Source: Pseudomonadota bacterium
GTDB lineage: Bacteria > Campylobacterota > Campylobacteria > Campylobacterales > Sulfurimonadaceae
Length of the DNA stretch: 52,444 nt
Direction: 5' to 3'
NCBI GenBank assembly: GCA_043797085.1
Contig: JAZDQA010000003.1
Coordinates: 1-52,444, forward strand
The notes beneath the pieces were generated by a model. The model did no database searches. It was not told where the DNA came from and was given only the letters and a program-made list of their open reading frames with translations. Position numbers and translations under genes: made by a program. Of this stretch, positions 39,535-48,836 are shown piece by piece (the stretch's first letter is position 1; each line of letters starts with the position of its first letter).

Positions 39535-40548
39535 CTAAAAAAGAACCGACAAAGAAAAGAGCAAACGATTTAAATCACTCTCTTGATGGGCTTCATATTC
39601 CCCTTTTAGAGCGACATTGCTAAGCGGTCGATAGGTATACCCCAAGACCGTATTAGCATCATGAAACTGTGTCAAAGGTGCTTTTTCAACCTCTATACGA
39701 AGAATAGCTTCATGTTTATCTTTCACATGCCACACTCCCTGAGCGTACATATCGTAAGAGAGTTTTTGATCTTGCTTATCGTGCCGTACAATGGATTCAA
39801 AGAGAAAATCCCACTGCTTTTTTTCTATTTTAAGCGCACCAAGCAGATACATAGACTCATCTTCACTTAACTCATATCGAAAATATCCGCCTCCAAAACG
39901 CCACAACGTCTCTTTATTTCCTATATCAAACGCAACTGCATAATGTCGATCAATATTAAAATTATTGTATCCGACATCAAGATCAGGATTGTTTTGCAGT
40001 GTTGCTGAAATACGAGATACTAAACCGTTTAATTCTCGCGATTCATAGTGAGCACCCGTCGTTAATTTCGGAAAAAAGTCCTTGACAAAATTGGGACTGG
40101 AAGTGGTAGCGCGCAGTACATTAATAGGCATTTGATTCCAAAAACCGATGTCCGAATTAAATTTTCCAATGGTTATTTGCTCATTATCTCCAAAATAATA
40201 ATCTCCATACAGTCGTTCAATGTGAAAGGTACTGCTGCTGCTCTCATGTGCATTGGCGCCGTATTCTTTTTTATATACGTCAGTAACTTCTAACTCTGCA
40301 AGAAAATCATACTGATCGAACTCGCCATACGCCAACAAAGCGATATCATCAATGTCAACAATTCTGGAATGTTTATTGACTTCATACATTGAAGAGATGT
40401 AACCGCTTAAAACGACAGGAGAATCTCCCTCTTGCAATCCATCCCCAAAGGTATACTCTTGCGCATATACCGCACTGCATGCCACTACCCACAAAAGTAC
40501 TAATTTAGCAACATTATTCATATCGATATTATATACTGAATTTTTCAT
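39535..40548 (-). CDS. Porin-like outer-membrane beta-barrel (start may be 40521)
   Basis: Signal peptide, IERLY..IGKF..IGFWN, LKGEY, C-terminal F. Confidence 0.72.
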   Translation of the reverse strand: MKNSVYNIDMNNVAKLVLLWVVACSAVYAQEYTFGDGLQEGDSPVVLSGYISSMYEVNKHSRIVDIDDIALLAYGEFDQYDFLAELEVTDVYKKEYGANAHESSSSTFHIERLYGDYYFGDNEQITIGKFNSDIGFWNQMPINVLRATTSSPNFVKDFFPKLTTGAHYESRELNGLVSRISATLQNNPDLDVGYNNFNIDRHYAVAFDIGNKETLWRFGGGYFRYELSEDESMYLLGALKIEKKQWDFLFESIVRHDKQDQKLSYDMYAQGVWHVKDKHEAILRIEVEKAPLTQFHDANTVLGYTYRPLSNVALKGEYEAHQESDLNRLLFSLSVLF

Positions 40549-40645
40549 TGCTTTGACAAAAATTAATCCCTGAATAAACTATTCGCTTTGTAGAAGTTTA
40601 AAAGTTTGGGAAGATACAATACCAAAAATAACACAAGGAGATTAA

Positions 40646-41065
40646 ATGCCAACAATTAACAAATACGTTGATATTGACACAGTAGAGAGAGAAGCTAAAA
40701 AAGATCTTATTGATCGCCACTCACCGTTCATCACGGTTGCAGGTGATGCTAAAAAAGGTGAAATGCTTGCAGTAAATGTAAGAATGGGTCAAGAATATAC
40801 TCATCCGGATGATTTTGATCACTACATCGAAAGTATCACTCTTTTCAATGGTGAAACGAAATTGGCAATGGCTACATTCGTACCGGGAACACTTGGAAAT
40901 GAAAAATCTCATGCTGAAGTAACATTCAACATTCGCCCAATGGGTAAAAAATTAACCCTTGTTGCACACGGTTACTGTACAAAACACGGTGTATGGGAAT
41001 CAACTCCAGTTATCGTAGAAGTAGAAGAAGCTTCTCAATGCTGCGGCGGCGGACACTGTAGCTAA
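40646..41065 (+). CDS. Superoxide reductase-like (class II SORL/desulfoferrodoxin-like) protein
   Basis: HSP, HPDDFDHYI and YCTKHGVW metal ligands; RBS aaggag. Confidence 0.85.
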   Translation: MPTINKYVDIDTVEREAKKDLIDRHSPFITVAGDAKKGEMLAVNVRMGQEYTHPDDFDHYIESITLFNGETKLAMATFVPGTLGNEKSHAEVTFNIRPMGKKLTLVAHGYCTKHGVWESTPVIVEVEEASQCCGGGHCS

Positions 41066-41070
41066 ACACT

Positions 41071-41092
41071 CTTGATCCCTTTGCGGGTCAAG
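41071..41092. terminator. Hairpin after the SORL gene
   Basis: cttgatcc/gggtcaag stem between convergent genes. Confidence 0.5.
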
Positions 41093-41140
41093 TACTTATC
41101 TCATCTATATCTTCCTCAAATCTTACCCTCACTCTAAAAA

Positions 41141-42001
41141 TTATTTACTTTGTCTCGAAAGGTAGTTATAAACTCCCGTTCCGACGATGAGCAATGTCAC
41201 TCCTATAATAAGATAAAACGCATTGATTATCTTACTATAATCATCTAATACAATTTTAAATACTGCCATCAAAGATTCGATGGAGAGGGCAATGATAATC
41301 GAGGTAAGAAATTTACCAAGGGTTTTACTCTGCATCTCGACACCATAATCGAGACTTTTAAACAAGACCTCATTTTCAATCATCGTTTTCGCTAAATCAT
41401 AAATAGCAAGTCCTATCGTAATCGAAATAATCGACGTAAATATTTTATGCATCACTTCATTTTGGTTATGATGCATAAAAAGAATACCTCCGAAAATATA
41501 GGCACCATAAAGAATTAAAAATATAGACACTATTCCAAGTAACAATCCGCCAAGACCCATTACTATTTTATTAACCTTCTCTAGTGCACTATTGTACTCA
41601 ATCAAACGAAGTTCTTCGAGCAGTTTAAGCATATCAAAATCAGCAACAAGATAACTATTATTTTCCTGTTTGACCACGGTAAGAGTTGGTCGCCCGCTCA
41701 TGTGATGCAAGTAAGGGTTACTAACATGGATAGGTTCATCCACAAAGCTGACCCACTTAAAATAAAAAGATTTATCGGCTCCAACACGACCATCATCGTT
41801 CTCTTTTCGACCGTAACTAGGGGTGGATTGAGTAAAAGAAGATGAAACAGCGTAAATAACTTCTGCAGCTTTTTCAAATTCAAAGAACCGCTTCATATCA
41901 TGTGAATTTAGTGAAATAGGATGAAAATTTTCCAAAATATTACGAAGATAAAATTGAGTACTATTTTTGTGTTCAGTATAGATACTTATAATCCGTTTCA
42001 T
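41141..42001 (-). CDS. PDC/Cache-like domain + PsiE-like multi-TM membrane protein
   Basis: VSNPY..SGRPTLTV Cache-like motif; GLAIYDLAKT and IIIALSIESLM TM motifs; RBS aggag before 42001. Confidence 0.65.
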   Translation of the reverse strand: MKRIISIYTEHKNSTQFYLRNILENFHPISLNSHDMKRFFEFEKAAEVIYAVSSSFTQSTPSYGRKENDDGRVGADKSFYFKWVSFVDEPIHVSNPYLHHMSGRPTLTVVKQENNSYLVADFDMLKLLEELRLIEYNSALEKVNKIVMGLGGLLLGIVSIFLILYGAYIFGGILFMHHNQNEVMHKIFTSIISITIGLAIYDLAKTMIENEVLFKSLDYGVEMQSKTLGKFLTSIIIALSIESLMAVFKIVLDDYSKIINAFYLIIGVTLLIVGTGVYNYLSRQSK

Positions 42002-42146
42002 TAGAAAACTCCTTAGAACAAGTATTCGATTTATGTTGTACACCCCTTTGAATTAAGATAGATATTGATATCTAAAATAATTCATTATTTTTTGGCAAAA
42101 TTTAGAGATATAAGATTATGATTTTTATAAACCAAAGGAGGATACA

Positions 42147-42737
42147 ATGAAATTTCAATTAATGAGCCTGCCTTATGCGCAGAGCGCACTCGAACCTCAC
42201 CTCTCGTCTGAAACTCTCTCATATCATTATGGCAAACACCATGCGGGATATGTGAACAAGCTCAATACACTTATCGAAGAAACAGAGTTTATCGATAAAT
42301 CGCTTGAGGATATTGTGAAATTCGCGAATGGCCCCATTTTCAACAATGCGGCACAAGTCTATAATCATGATTTTTATTGGCACGGACTCTCCCCTGACCC
42401 CACCAATATTTCACCCGATCTTTCCGAACAAATAGCACAGGATTTTGAAACGTTAGAGCTGTTTAAAGAGAAATTTCTAACCATTGCTTCCGGATTTTTC
42501 GGTTCGGGTTGGATTTGGCTGATTCTTACAGAAGATAAACATCTCGACATTCAAACGACGTCCAATGCAGACACCCCGATACGTCATGGACAAACACCTC
42601 TGCTTACTTGTGATGTGTGGGAACATGCCTATTACATCGACTATCGCAATGGACGACCGGACTATTTGGAGAATTGGTGGAAACTGATTAACTGGGAATT
42701 CGTATCGGACAACTTTCTACGTGCAAAGAACTCTTAA
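42147..42737 (+). CDS. sodB: Fe-superoxide dismutase
   Basis: HYGKHH, FNNAAQVYNH (Fe-type), FGSGW, DVWEHAYY. Confidence 0.96.
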   Translation: MKFQLMSLPYAQSALEPHLSSETLSYHYGKHHAGYVNKLNTLIEETEFIDKSLEDIVKFANGPIFNNAAQVYNHDFYWHGLSPDPTNISPDLSEQIAQDFETLELFKEKFLTIASGFFGSGWIWLILTEDKHLDIQTTSNADTPIRHGQTPLLTCDVWEHAYYIDYRNGRPDYLENWWKLINWEFVSDNFLRAKNS

Positions 42738-42748
42738 AGGAGTTCTTT
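42725..42748 (+). terminator. Hairpin at the sodB stop codon
   Basis: aaagaactc/gagttcttt stem followed by a T-rich tract. Confidence 0.55.
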
Positions 42749-42785
42749 ATCTCTTTTTAACGCCCTTTTTCTTATACTCTCATTT

Positions 42786-43451
42786 ATGAACTCTTACCAA
42801 AATCTTGCTTTACTCGAAAACCTTTATCGACTCAAATCACTGGGATTTAACTATGTCGATCCCATAAATCCCAACAAAGCTCAAGCCCAAACCTCATCCC
42901 TCCCGAATTCGTATGAAATGCTCAATACGACGATAAAAGGATGTCATCTGTGTGATTTGAGCAAGTCACGCACGCAGAGTATGAACGGCTTTGGCTGCAC
43001 TCGTCCTCAAATTCTTTTTTTAGATGCTTTTGTCTCCAGTGCAGAGGACGAATCCAACACGTATTATGCCGGTCGTTCAGGTGTAATGCTTCGAGATATG
43101 ATCGAAAAGGTGCTTGAGCTCACTGTCAATGATGTTTATATTACCCACGCTGTAAAATGCAAACCGTTTGGTTTTCAACAGCCCTCTCCCAGTGAATGCA
43201 GCAGCTGTTCTCCATTCTTACACAAACAGCTCGAGATTCTTGCTCCAAAACTTATTGTTACTTTGGGTGAAGAAGCATACCGTCTTTTAACCCATGACGA
43301 AAGCGACTATGAGCGTGTGCGCGGACAGCTCATCCCGTTTGGAAATATCTCCATTATTCCGATACATCATCCCACTTTTTTAGTTCGAAATCCCTCATTT
43401 AAAAAAGAGACCATGCGTGATTTACAAACCATCAAAGAAGCACTAAAATGA
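42786..43451 (+). CDS. Uracil-DNA glycosylase family 4-like protein
   Basis: CHLC, VKCKP, ECSSC Fe-S ligands; LG..A and HP..L.R motifs. Confidence 0.82.
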   Translation: MNSYQNLALLENLYRLKSLGFNYVDPINPNKAQAQTSSLPNSYEMLNTTIKGCHLCDLSKSRTQSMNGFGCTRPQILFLDAFVSSAEDESNTYYAGRSGVMLRDMIEKVLELTVNDVYITHAVKCKPFGFQQPSPSECSSCSPFLHKQLEILAPKLIVTLGEEAYRLLTHDESDYERVRGQLIPFGNISIIPIHHPTFLVRNPSFKKETMRDLQTIKEALK

Positions 43452-44428
43452 AAACTTTCCTGCTGATTTTAGTAATTTTTACTTCTTTATGGGGAGAATC
43501 GCTCAAAATCGCCCTTATGGTTTCTCCCTCAGTAGTGGGTCACTATAGTCAAGCCACCTATAATGTCACCCTCGCAACTCTCATGGCTTCACATTCTCCT
43601 TTTAAACTGACACTGTATGAAATGAACGATGAATCTGAAAAATCTATTGCTCAGGCAATGGAAAAAATAACCCATGACGATATGCAAGCCATCTTAGCCC
43701 CCTTGACGCTAAACGGCGCCAAAAATCTGGTTAAAACCCAAACCGACAAAGTTGTTTTTATCCCTACCGTACACAAACGTGATGTTGGATCTTGTGGAAG
43801 TAATGTTATCTTTGGCGCTATCGATTATCAAGCTCAAATCGAAGCATTAACCCCCTATATGACAAGCTCGATAGCCGTTTTTTACGATGAATCCCCCGTA
43901 GGTTTAAGTCTCAGCCGCGCAACCCAAACCATTGCATCCGATGCCAAAAAATCAACTGCATTGTATGCCATTGATACCCAAGGATCAAACATTGTAAAAT
44001 ATCTGGGTAAACCTACCGCTTTTTCCAAAAAAAGCATCATGATTCATCTTCCCATCGTCAAAACCTCTATGCTCGCAGCCCATTTAACCTTTACTGCAAC
44101 ACATGAGCACAATCTACTCTCCACCCAAATCAATTTTGATCCGACACTCATCACCCTGACCCAGTACAAAGACCGAAAAAATATGATTGTTGCCAATTCT
44201 ATCATCGAGCAAGTCCCCTCGATTTATGAAATCAATGCCCTGATGAACAATGATCTCACATTTGATTGGATTAACTATACCACCAGTGTCGGAACCGATT
44301 ATTTAATCTCGTATCTCAATGGCAGTGAACGCCTGTACAGCATGCGTCTTATCGATTCACAGGTCATTTATCCTGTTGAGCTGATGAGACCCAAAGAGTT
44401 TGGATTTGAACCCATGATGAGTAAATAA
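43448..44428 (+). CDS. Exported hypothetical protein, periplasmic-binding-protein type I-like
   Basis: Signal peptide; KIAL, ILAPLT, FIPT, FGAIDY pattern. Confidence 0.6.
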   Translation: MKTFLLILVIFTSLWGESLKIALMVSPSVVGHYSQATYNVTLATLMASHSPFKLTLYEMNDESEKSIAQAMEKITHDDMQAILAPLTLNGAKNLVKTQTDKVVFIPTVHKRDVGSCGSNVIFGAIDYQAQIEALTPYMTSSIAVFYDESPVGLSLSRATQTIASDAKKSTALYAIDTQGSNIVKYLGKPTAFSKKSIMIHLPIVKTSMLAAHLTFTATHEHNLLSTQINFDPTLITLTQYKDRKNMIVANSIIEQVPSIYEINALMNNDLTFDWINYTTSVGTDYLISYLNGSERLYSMRLIDSQVIYPVELMRPKEFGFEPMMSK

Positions 44429-44434
44429 TCTACT

Positions 44435-45064
44435 ATGATAAAATCCATTGAAATTTTCAGTCATCTGTCTCCTGCACAACTCCAAAAGCTTGAAAATATT
44501 TCGCTTATTCGCCACTATGAAGCCGGTGAAATAATTTTTTATCAAGGAGATGCAAGTGAATATTTTCATTTTCTGCTCCAAGGTGATGTTTCGGTTTATA
44601 AATCCAACAACACCGAAACACTTGAAGTGCATCGTTTTCGCGCTCCGTCTATGATTGCAGAAGTGGCCACGCTTAAATCGCTCCCCTTTCCTGCCAGCGC
44701 AGAAGCATTGACTGCCTGTACGATTTTAAAAATAGCAAAAGTACCCTTCATAGATATCCTTCACAACGATGCTGGGCTTAGTATCGCCATGATGACTTCC
44801 CTTATGAATAAAATAGGGACTCTCGAACGGGCACTAGAACATCTTAGCGCACCCGATACAATGTCTAAAACGGTTCGTCTGATGATGGAGCAGCCACAGC
44901 TTTTTAGTGAGCTAAAAGGGACACAAATCGCTAAAAAACTCTCCATTACCCCCGAAACACTCTCTCGAAATCTCACAAAACTCAAAAAAGAGAAACTTAT
45001 TGCCCATCAACCGCACAAGCATTTCGAAATTCTTAATAAAGTGGAACTTGAAAAATATATTTGA
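44435..45064 (+). CDS. Crp/Fnr-family transcriptional regulator
   Basis: cNMP-binding-like barrel (IFYQGD, IAEVA..FPASA) and TPETLSR HTH. Confidence 0.93.
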   Translation: MIKSIEIFSHLSPAQLQKLENISLIRHYEAGEIIFYQGDASEYFHFLLQGDVSVYKSNNTETLEVHRFRAPSMIAEVATLKSLPFPASAEALTACTILKIAKVPFIDILHNDAGLSIAMMTSLMNKIGTLERALEHLSAPDTMSKTVRLMMEQPQLFSELKGTQIAKKLSITPETLSRNLTKLKKEKLIAHQPHKHFEILNKVELEKYI

Positions 45065-45071
45065 GACTTGA

Positions 45072-45087
45072 GGATAATAATTATTAT
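45072..45087. promoter_or_regulatory. Fur/PerR-like box upstream of the DpsL gene
   Basis: GGATAAT-A-ATTATTA close to the 7-1-7 TGATAATNATTATCA; perfect palindrome ataataattattat. Confidence 0.5.
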
Positions 45088-45137
45088 TTAAGAGTCATGA
45101 GACTATACTCTTACTAATTACTTCAAAGGAGCTACAA

Positions 45138-45644
45138 ATGGCAAAACGTGGAATATCAATCCTCAAAGGGATAGAAGCAAAAACCGTTGTTGATGTTCTA
45201 AATAAAGCATATTGTGATGAGTGGTTGGCATATTATCAATATTTTATCGAATCCAAAGTTGTCAAAGGGATTATGAAAGATGCTGTGATTGCGGAGCTTA
45301 CATTACATGCCGCTGATGAACTTCGACACGCAACGATGATTTGCGGTCGTATTATTCAGCTGGGCGGGACTCCGATACTGCATCCGGGAGAGTGGCTTAC
45401 GCATTCAAACTGCAGCTATGATGCTCCTACCAATCCCGATGTTCTCGCAATCTTGGATCAGGCGATTTCAGGTGAACAATGCGCTATTACTACCTATTCC
45501 AATCTTTTAGAACTCACCCGAGAAAAAGACATTGTAACCTATGATCTAGTATCACAAATTTTGGCAGATGAAGTCGAACATGAAGAGGATTTGCAATCAC
45601 TATTTGATGATATAGAAGAATTTGTTGCGCAATTCAAACAATGA
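45138..45644 (+). CDS. Dps-like (DpsL) ferritin-family protein
   Basis: LNKAYCDEWLAYYQY, DELRHA, GEQCAI..Y, DEVEHE di-iron motifs. Confidence 0.87.
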   Translation: MAKRGISILKGIEAKTVVDVLNKAYCDEWLAYYQYFIESKVVKGIMKDAVIAELTLHAADELRHATMICGRIIQLGGTPILHPGEWLTHSNCSYDAPTNPDVLAILDQAISGEQCAITTYSNLLELTREKDIVTYDLVSQILADEVEHEEDLQSLFDDIEEFVAQFKQ

Positions 45645-46090
45645 AAAAAATAGTATTTTTCCTCCTATTATCTGCCACTCTTTTGAGTGGTGCGGATATA
45701 TTCAAACTGGTACAAACCATTGACCGAAACGATACGATAGAGTTTAAACGATTAGTACAAACCATAGAAGATGCCAATACCGCACGTTCAGATAATAACA
45801 AAACTATTCTGATGTATTCGTCATGGGTAGGTAATATTGATGCAGTCAAACATTTAGTAGATTTAGGGGCAAATGTCAATGCGCAAGACAGTTCCAACGC
45901 TACTGCATTGCATTTAGCCATTTGGAAGGATCACACAGACATTGCTCTGTATTTAATAGAACATGCTGCATCGGTATCCACTATGAGTATGGATGGTATG
46001 ACCCCCGGTGACATTGCCATCCTTCGCTCCAACACCAAAGTAATCGAAGCAATCAATCAAGCAAAACCAAAACTTAAAAGTCTATTCTGA
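45641..46090 (+). CDS. Exported ankyrin-repeat protein
   Basis: Signal peptide; TILM, GANVNAQD, TALHLA ankyrin motifs; ATGA overlap with the DpsL gene. Confidence 0.87.
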   Translation: MKKIVFFLLLSATLLSGADIFKLVQTIDRNDTIEFKRLVQTIEDANTARSDNNKTILMYSSWVGNIDAVKHLVDLGANVNAQDSSNATALHLAIWKDHTDIALYLIEHAASVSTMSMDGMTPGDIAILRSNTKVIEAINQAKPKLKSLF

Positions 46091-46462
46091 GAGCCCTGAC
46101 AAAAAGGCTCTCTCTTCCTCTGGAATCAGCGCAATAATACCTTCATGCGACAAATGAACCAGCTGTATCTCCATCACAAAGAGTTTTTCTTCATCACGAT
46201 AGACACTCTGAAGCAGCGTAAATGAAGCATTTTTAATACTTTTCAGAACCGTCTTAACTTCTAATAAATCCCCAAATTTTGCACTTTTAAGATAATCCGC
46301 CTCAATATGCTTCGCCACAAAATGACCGCCTGCCGTGATAGGAGAACGCCCCGCATCAAAAAAAATCTGACTGCGAGCACGCTCACAAAAATTGAGATAA
46401 TTAGAGTGATAAACCACACCGCCGACGTCTGTGTCTTCGTAATAGACTCGTATCTGCATCAT
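46082..46462 (-). CDS. ybgC: YbgC-family acyl-CoA thioesterase
   Basis: RVYYEDTDVGGVVYHSNYL..ERAR. Confidence 0.92.
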   Translation of the reverse strand: MMQIRVYYEDTDVGGVVYHSNYLNFCERARSQIFFDAGRSPITAGGHFVAKHIEADYLKSAKFGDLLEVKTVLKSIKNASFTLLQSVYRDEEKLFVMEIQLVHLSHEGIIALIPEEERAFLSGLSE

Positions 46463-46696
46463 TTAGCCCCTATTTCTAGGGTTTTATCGTACATCGGATT
46501 ATTGGCGGTGCCAGATTTGTACCAGATTTCCAAGAAATTCTCCCTCTTCTTTCGTAATGATTTATCTTTAAATCTTCTATACAATGGCATTGTACCAAGT
46601 TGTAAATTTTTACTGAGTCTAATGCATCCAATTTATATTAATCAGAATGAAATAAGGGATATCAATGTACCCTACTTTGTAATGTCTGAATAAAGG

Positions 46697-47146
46697 ATGG
46701 AAATGTCGTATTTTGTATGGCTAATTTTTGCAGTAATAGCGTTTGTTATCGAAATGATACTGCCGACTTTTTTTGCACTGTTTGCCGGTATGGGGTTTTT
46801 AATTGCCGGTGCGGTCGCATTTTTCGCTCCTGAGGCACTTTTCTGGCAGTTGATTGTTGCCGCTGTTTTTATGATTATTGGTGCGATTGTTTTTAAAAAC
46901 AAACACATTGCTGATAGCAATACTGTAGGTGTCGGGACACACAACGAGTTTGTCGGGATTTTGGGAAAAGCAATCAGCAACCTATCTCCCAATGAAGAAG
47001 GGGATGTTGAGCTGTATGAAAGTGTCGTTAGTAATCGTCATTGGAAAGCGCTTGCGCAAGATTTTGAGATTGAAGAGGGCAGTGAGATTGAAATCGTAGA
47101 AGTACGCGGCAATACACTGATTGTCAAAAAACACATTAAAGGATAA
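46697..47146 (+). CDS. NfeD-like (YbbJ) membrane protein
   Basis: N-terminal TM helices + C-terminal OB fold (W.A..EG..I.IV.V.GNTL.V); upstream of SPFH gene. Confidence 0.88.
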   Translation: MEMSYFVWLIFAVIAFVIEMILPTFFALFAGMGFLIAGAVAFFAPEALFWQLIVAAVFMIIGAIVFKNKHIADSNTVGVGTHNEFVGILGKAISNLSPNEEGDVELYESVVSNRHWKALAQDFEIEEGSEIEIVEVRGNTLIVKKHIKG

Positions 47147-47151
47147 ATATT

Positions 47152-48069
47152 ATGGATGCAGGAATACTTTTTTCGTTAGTTTTAGTCGGCGGAGTTATTT
47201 ATGCTCTTACTCGTATGGTGCGTATCGTCCCACAAGGTGAAGAGTGGGTCGTAGAGCGATTGGGAAAATACAATACAACCCTTCTTCCGGGTCTTCATTT
47301 ACTGATCCCTTTTGTGGATATTGTCGCGTATAAAATCGTCACCAAAGAGCTGATTCAACAAACACGAGAACAAGAAGTGATTACCAAAGACAATGCGGTT
47401 GTTATCATCAGTGCCGTTGTTTTTTACCGCGTTACTGACCCAAGCAAAGCATCGTATTCGATCAGCGATTTTGAAAGTGCTGTAGGAAATATGACAACCA
47501 CTACATTGCGTGCGGTAATCGGGGGGATGACCCTCAATGAATCCCTCTCACGACGAGATCAAATCAAAGCCGAAGTAGCCGAAAAAATTCGTGATTCATT
47601 AAGCGGTTGGGGATTGACGCTTGGTAACTTGGAAGTTCAAGACATCCGTCCAAGCCAAAACCTCCAAGAAGCCATGGAGCGGCAAGCAGCAGCAGATCGA
47701 GAACGAGAAGCGACTATCATGATCGCTGACGGAGAGAAAAAAGCAGCCATCGCAAAAGCAGAAGGTCAAAAAGAAGCAGCTGTTTTAGAAGCACAAGGGA
47801 GACTCGAAGCCTCCAAACTCGATGCTCAAGCCAAAGCAGAACTTGCCGATGGGGATCGTAAAGCGATGATTATTGTTAGCCAAGGATTAGCAGGCGGAGA
47901 AACGGCGCCACATTACCTACTAGCACAACGCTATATCGACAGTGTGCAAAACCTCAGTAAATCAGGTAATGCCAAAGTCGTCTTTATGCCCTCAGACTGG
48001 CAACAAAGCCTTGCTGGAGCGGTAGGATCATTGGGATATTTGGGAACCGCATTGGGTGATAAGAAATAG
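47152..48069 (+). CDS. SPFH/band 7 (QmcA-like) protein
   Basis: VVERLGKY, VITKDN, TTLRAVIG, AEGQK repeats. Confidence 0.93.
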   Translation: MDAGILFSLVLVGGVIYALTRMVRIVPQGEEWVVERLGKYNTTLLPGLHLLIPFVDIVAYKIVTKELIQQTREQEVITKDNAVVIISAVVFYRVTDPSKASYSISDFESAVGNMTTTTLRAVIGGMTLNESLSRRDQIKAEVAEKIRDSLSGWGLTLGNLEVQDIRPSQNLQEAMERQAAADREREATIMIADGEKKAAIAKAEGQKEAAVLEAQGRLEASKLDAQAKAELADGDRKAMIIVSQGLAGGETAPHYLLAQRYIDSVQNLSKSGNAKVVFMPSDWQQSLAGAVGSLGYLGTALGDKK

Positions 48070-48070
48070 T

Positions 48071-48712
48071 TTAATGCTCATTGCCATGACCCTTATTGCC
48101 ATGACCTCTATCTTCGTTACCGCCTTTTGATCCTTTATCCTCACGACGTTCTTCGCTATATTGTGGTCGATTATGTGATCGATTTTTTTCACCTCGGTAA
48201 TGTTCATCAATTCGATTATAATGTTCTCCTCTACGTCGTCGATCAATGACTTCATCGGGGCTAATACGGTGATAATCGGAGAGAAAACGGACGTTTACGA
48301 GATCAACAATCTCAGAATCTCGTAAATGATGGTTTCTGCCATATCCATACGCTTTTCCATAAGGAGGTCGTGAATGTCTGTGAGTATTAACCACATAAAG
48401 AGTACGTGGGTCTAAACCAAGCCGCAGACTAATATCCCACCAACTTTTTCCGCGTAGACGGAGGTCGCTAATATATCGTGCATCTCTATGGGATTTACGC
48501 GCCAAGAAATAGACAACAGACATCTCCTCACGCGGTATTGAACGTTCGATCACCATTACTTCTTGTTGAGGAACACGGTAATAATCACCTATTGAGAGTG
48601 AAAAAGCGTTTACACCCCCATTTGAACCCGAAACTCCTATATCAAAATTGGCGGCAGAAAGTGAAGTACTTAAAATTCCTGTAATAAATGCTACATAAAG
48701 TGCTTTTTTCAT
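48071..48712 (-). CDS. Exported hypothetical protein with Arg/His/Gly-rich tail
   Basis: Signal peptide MKKALY; PPYGKAYGY; GHGNKGHG tail. Confidence 0.7.
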   Translation of the reverse strand: MKKALYVAFITGILSTSLSAANFDIGVSGSNGGVNAFSLSIGDYYRVPQQEVMVIERSIPREEMSVVYFLARKSHRDARYISDLRLRGKSWWDISLRLGLDPRTLYVVNTHRHSRPPYGKAYGYGRNHHLRDSEIVDLVNVRFLSDYHRISPDEVIDRRRRGEHYNRIDEHYRGEKNRSHNRPQYSEERREDKGSKGGNEDRGHGNKGHGNEH

Positions 48713-48836
48713 ATATATTCCTTTTATCAAGATTACACATTGTAACCTATAAAGTGTTGACCAATAGTAAACAGACGCATAGCTTGTATTAACCGATTGC
48801 AGTATACACTGTCACTTTATTTTACGAAGGATTTAT

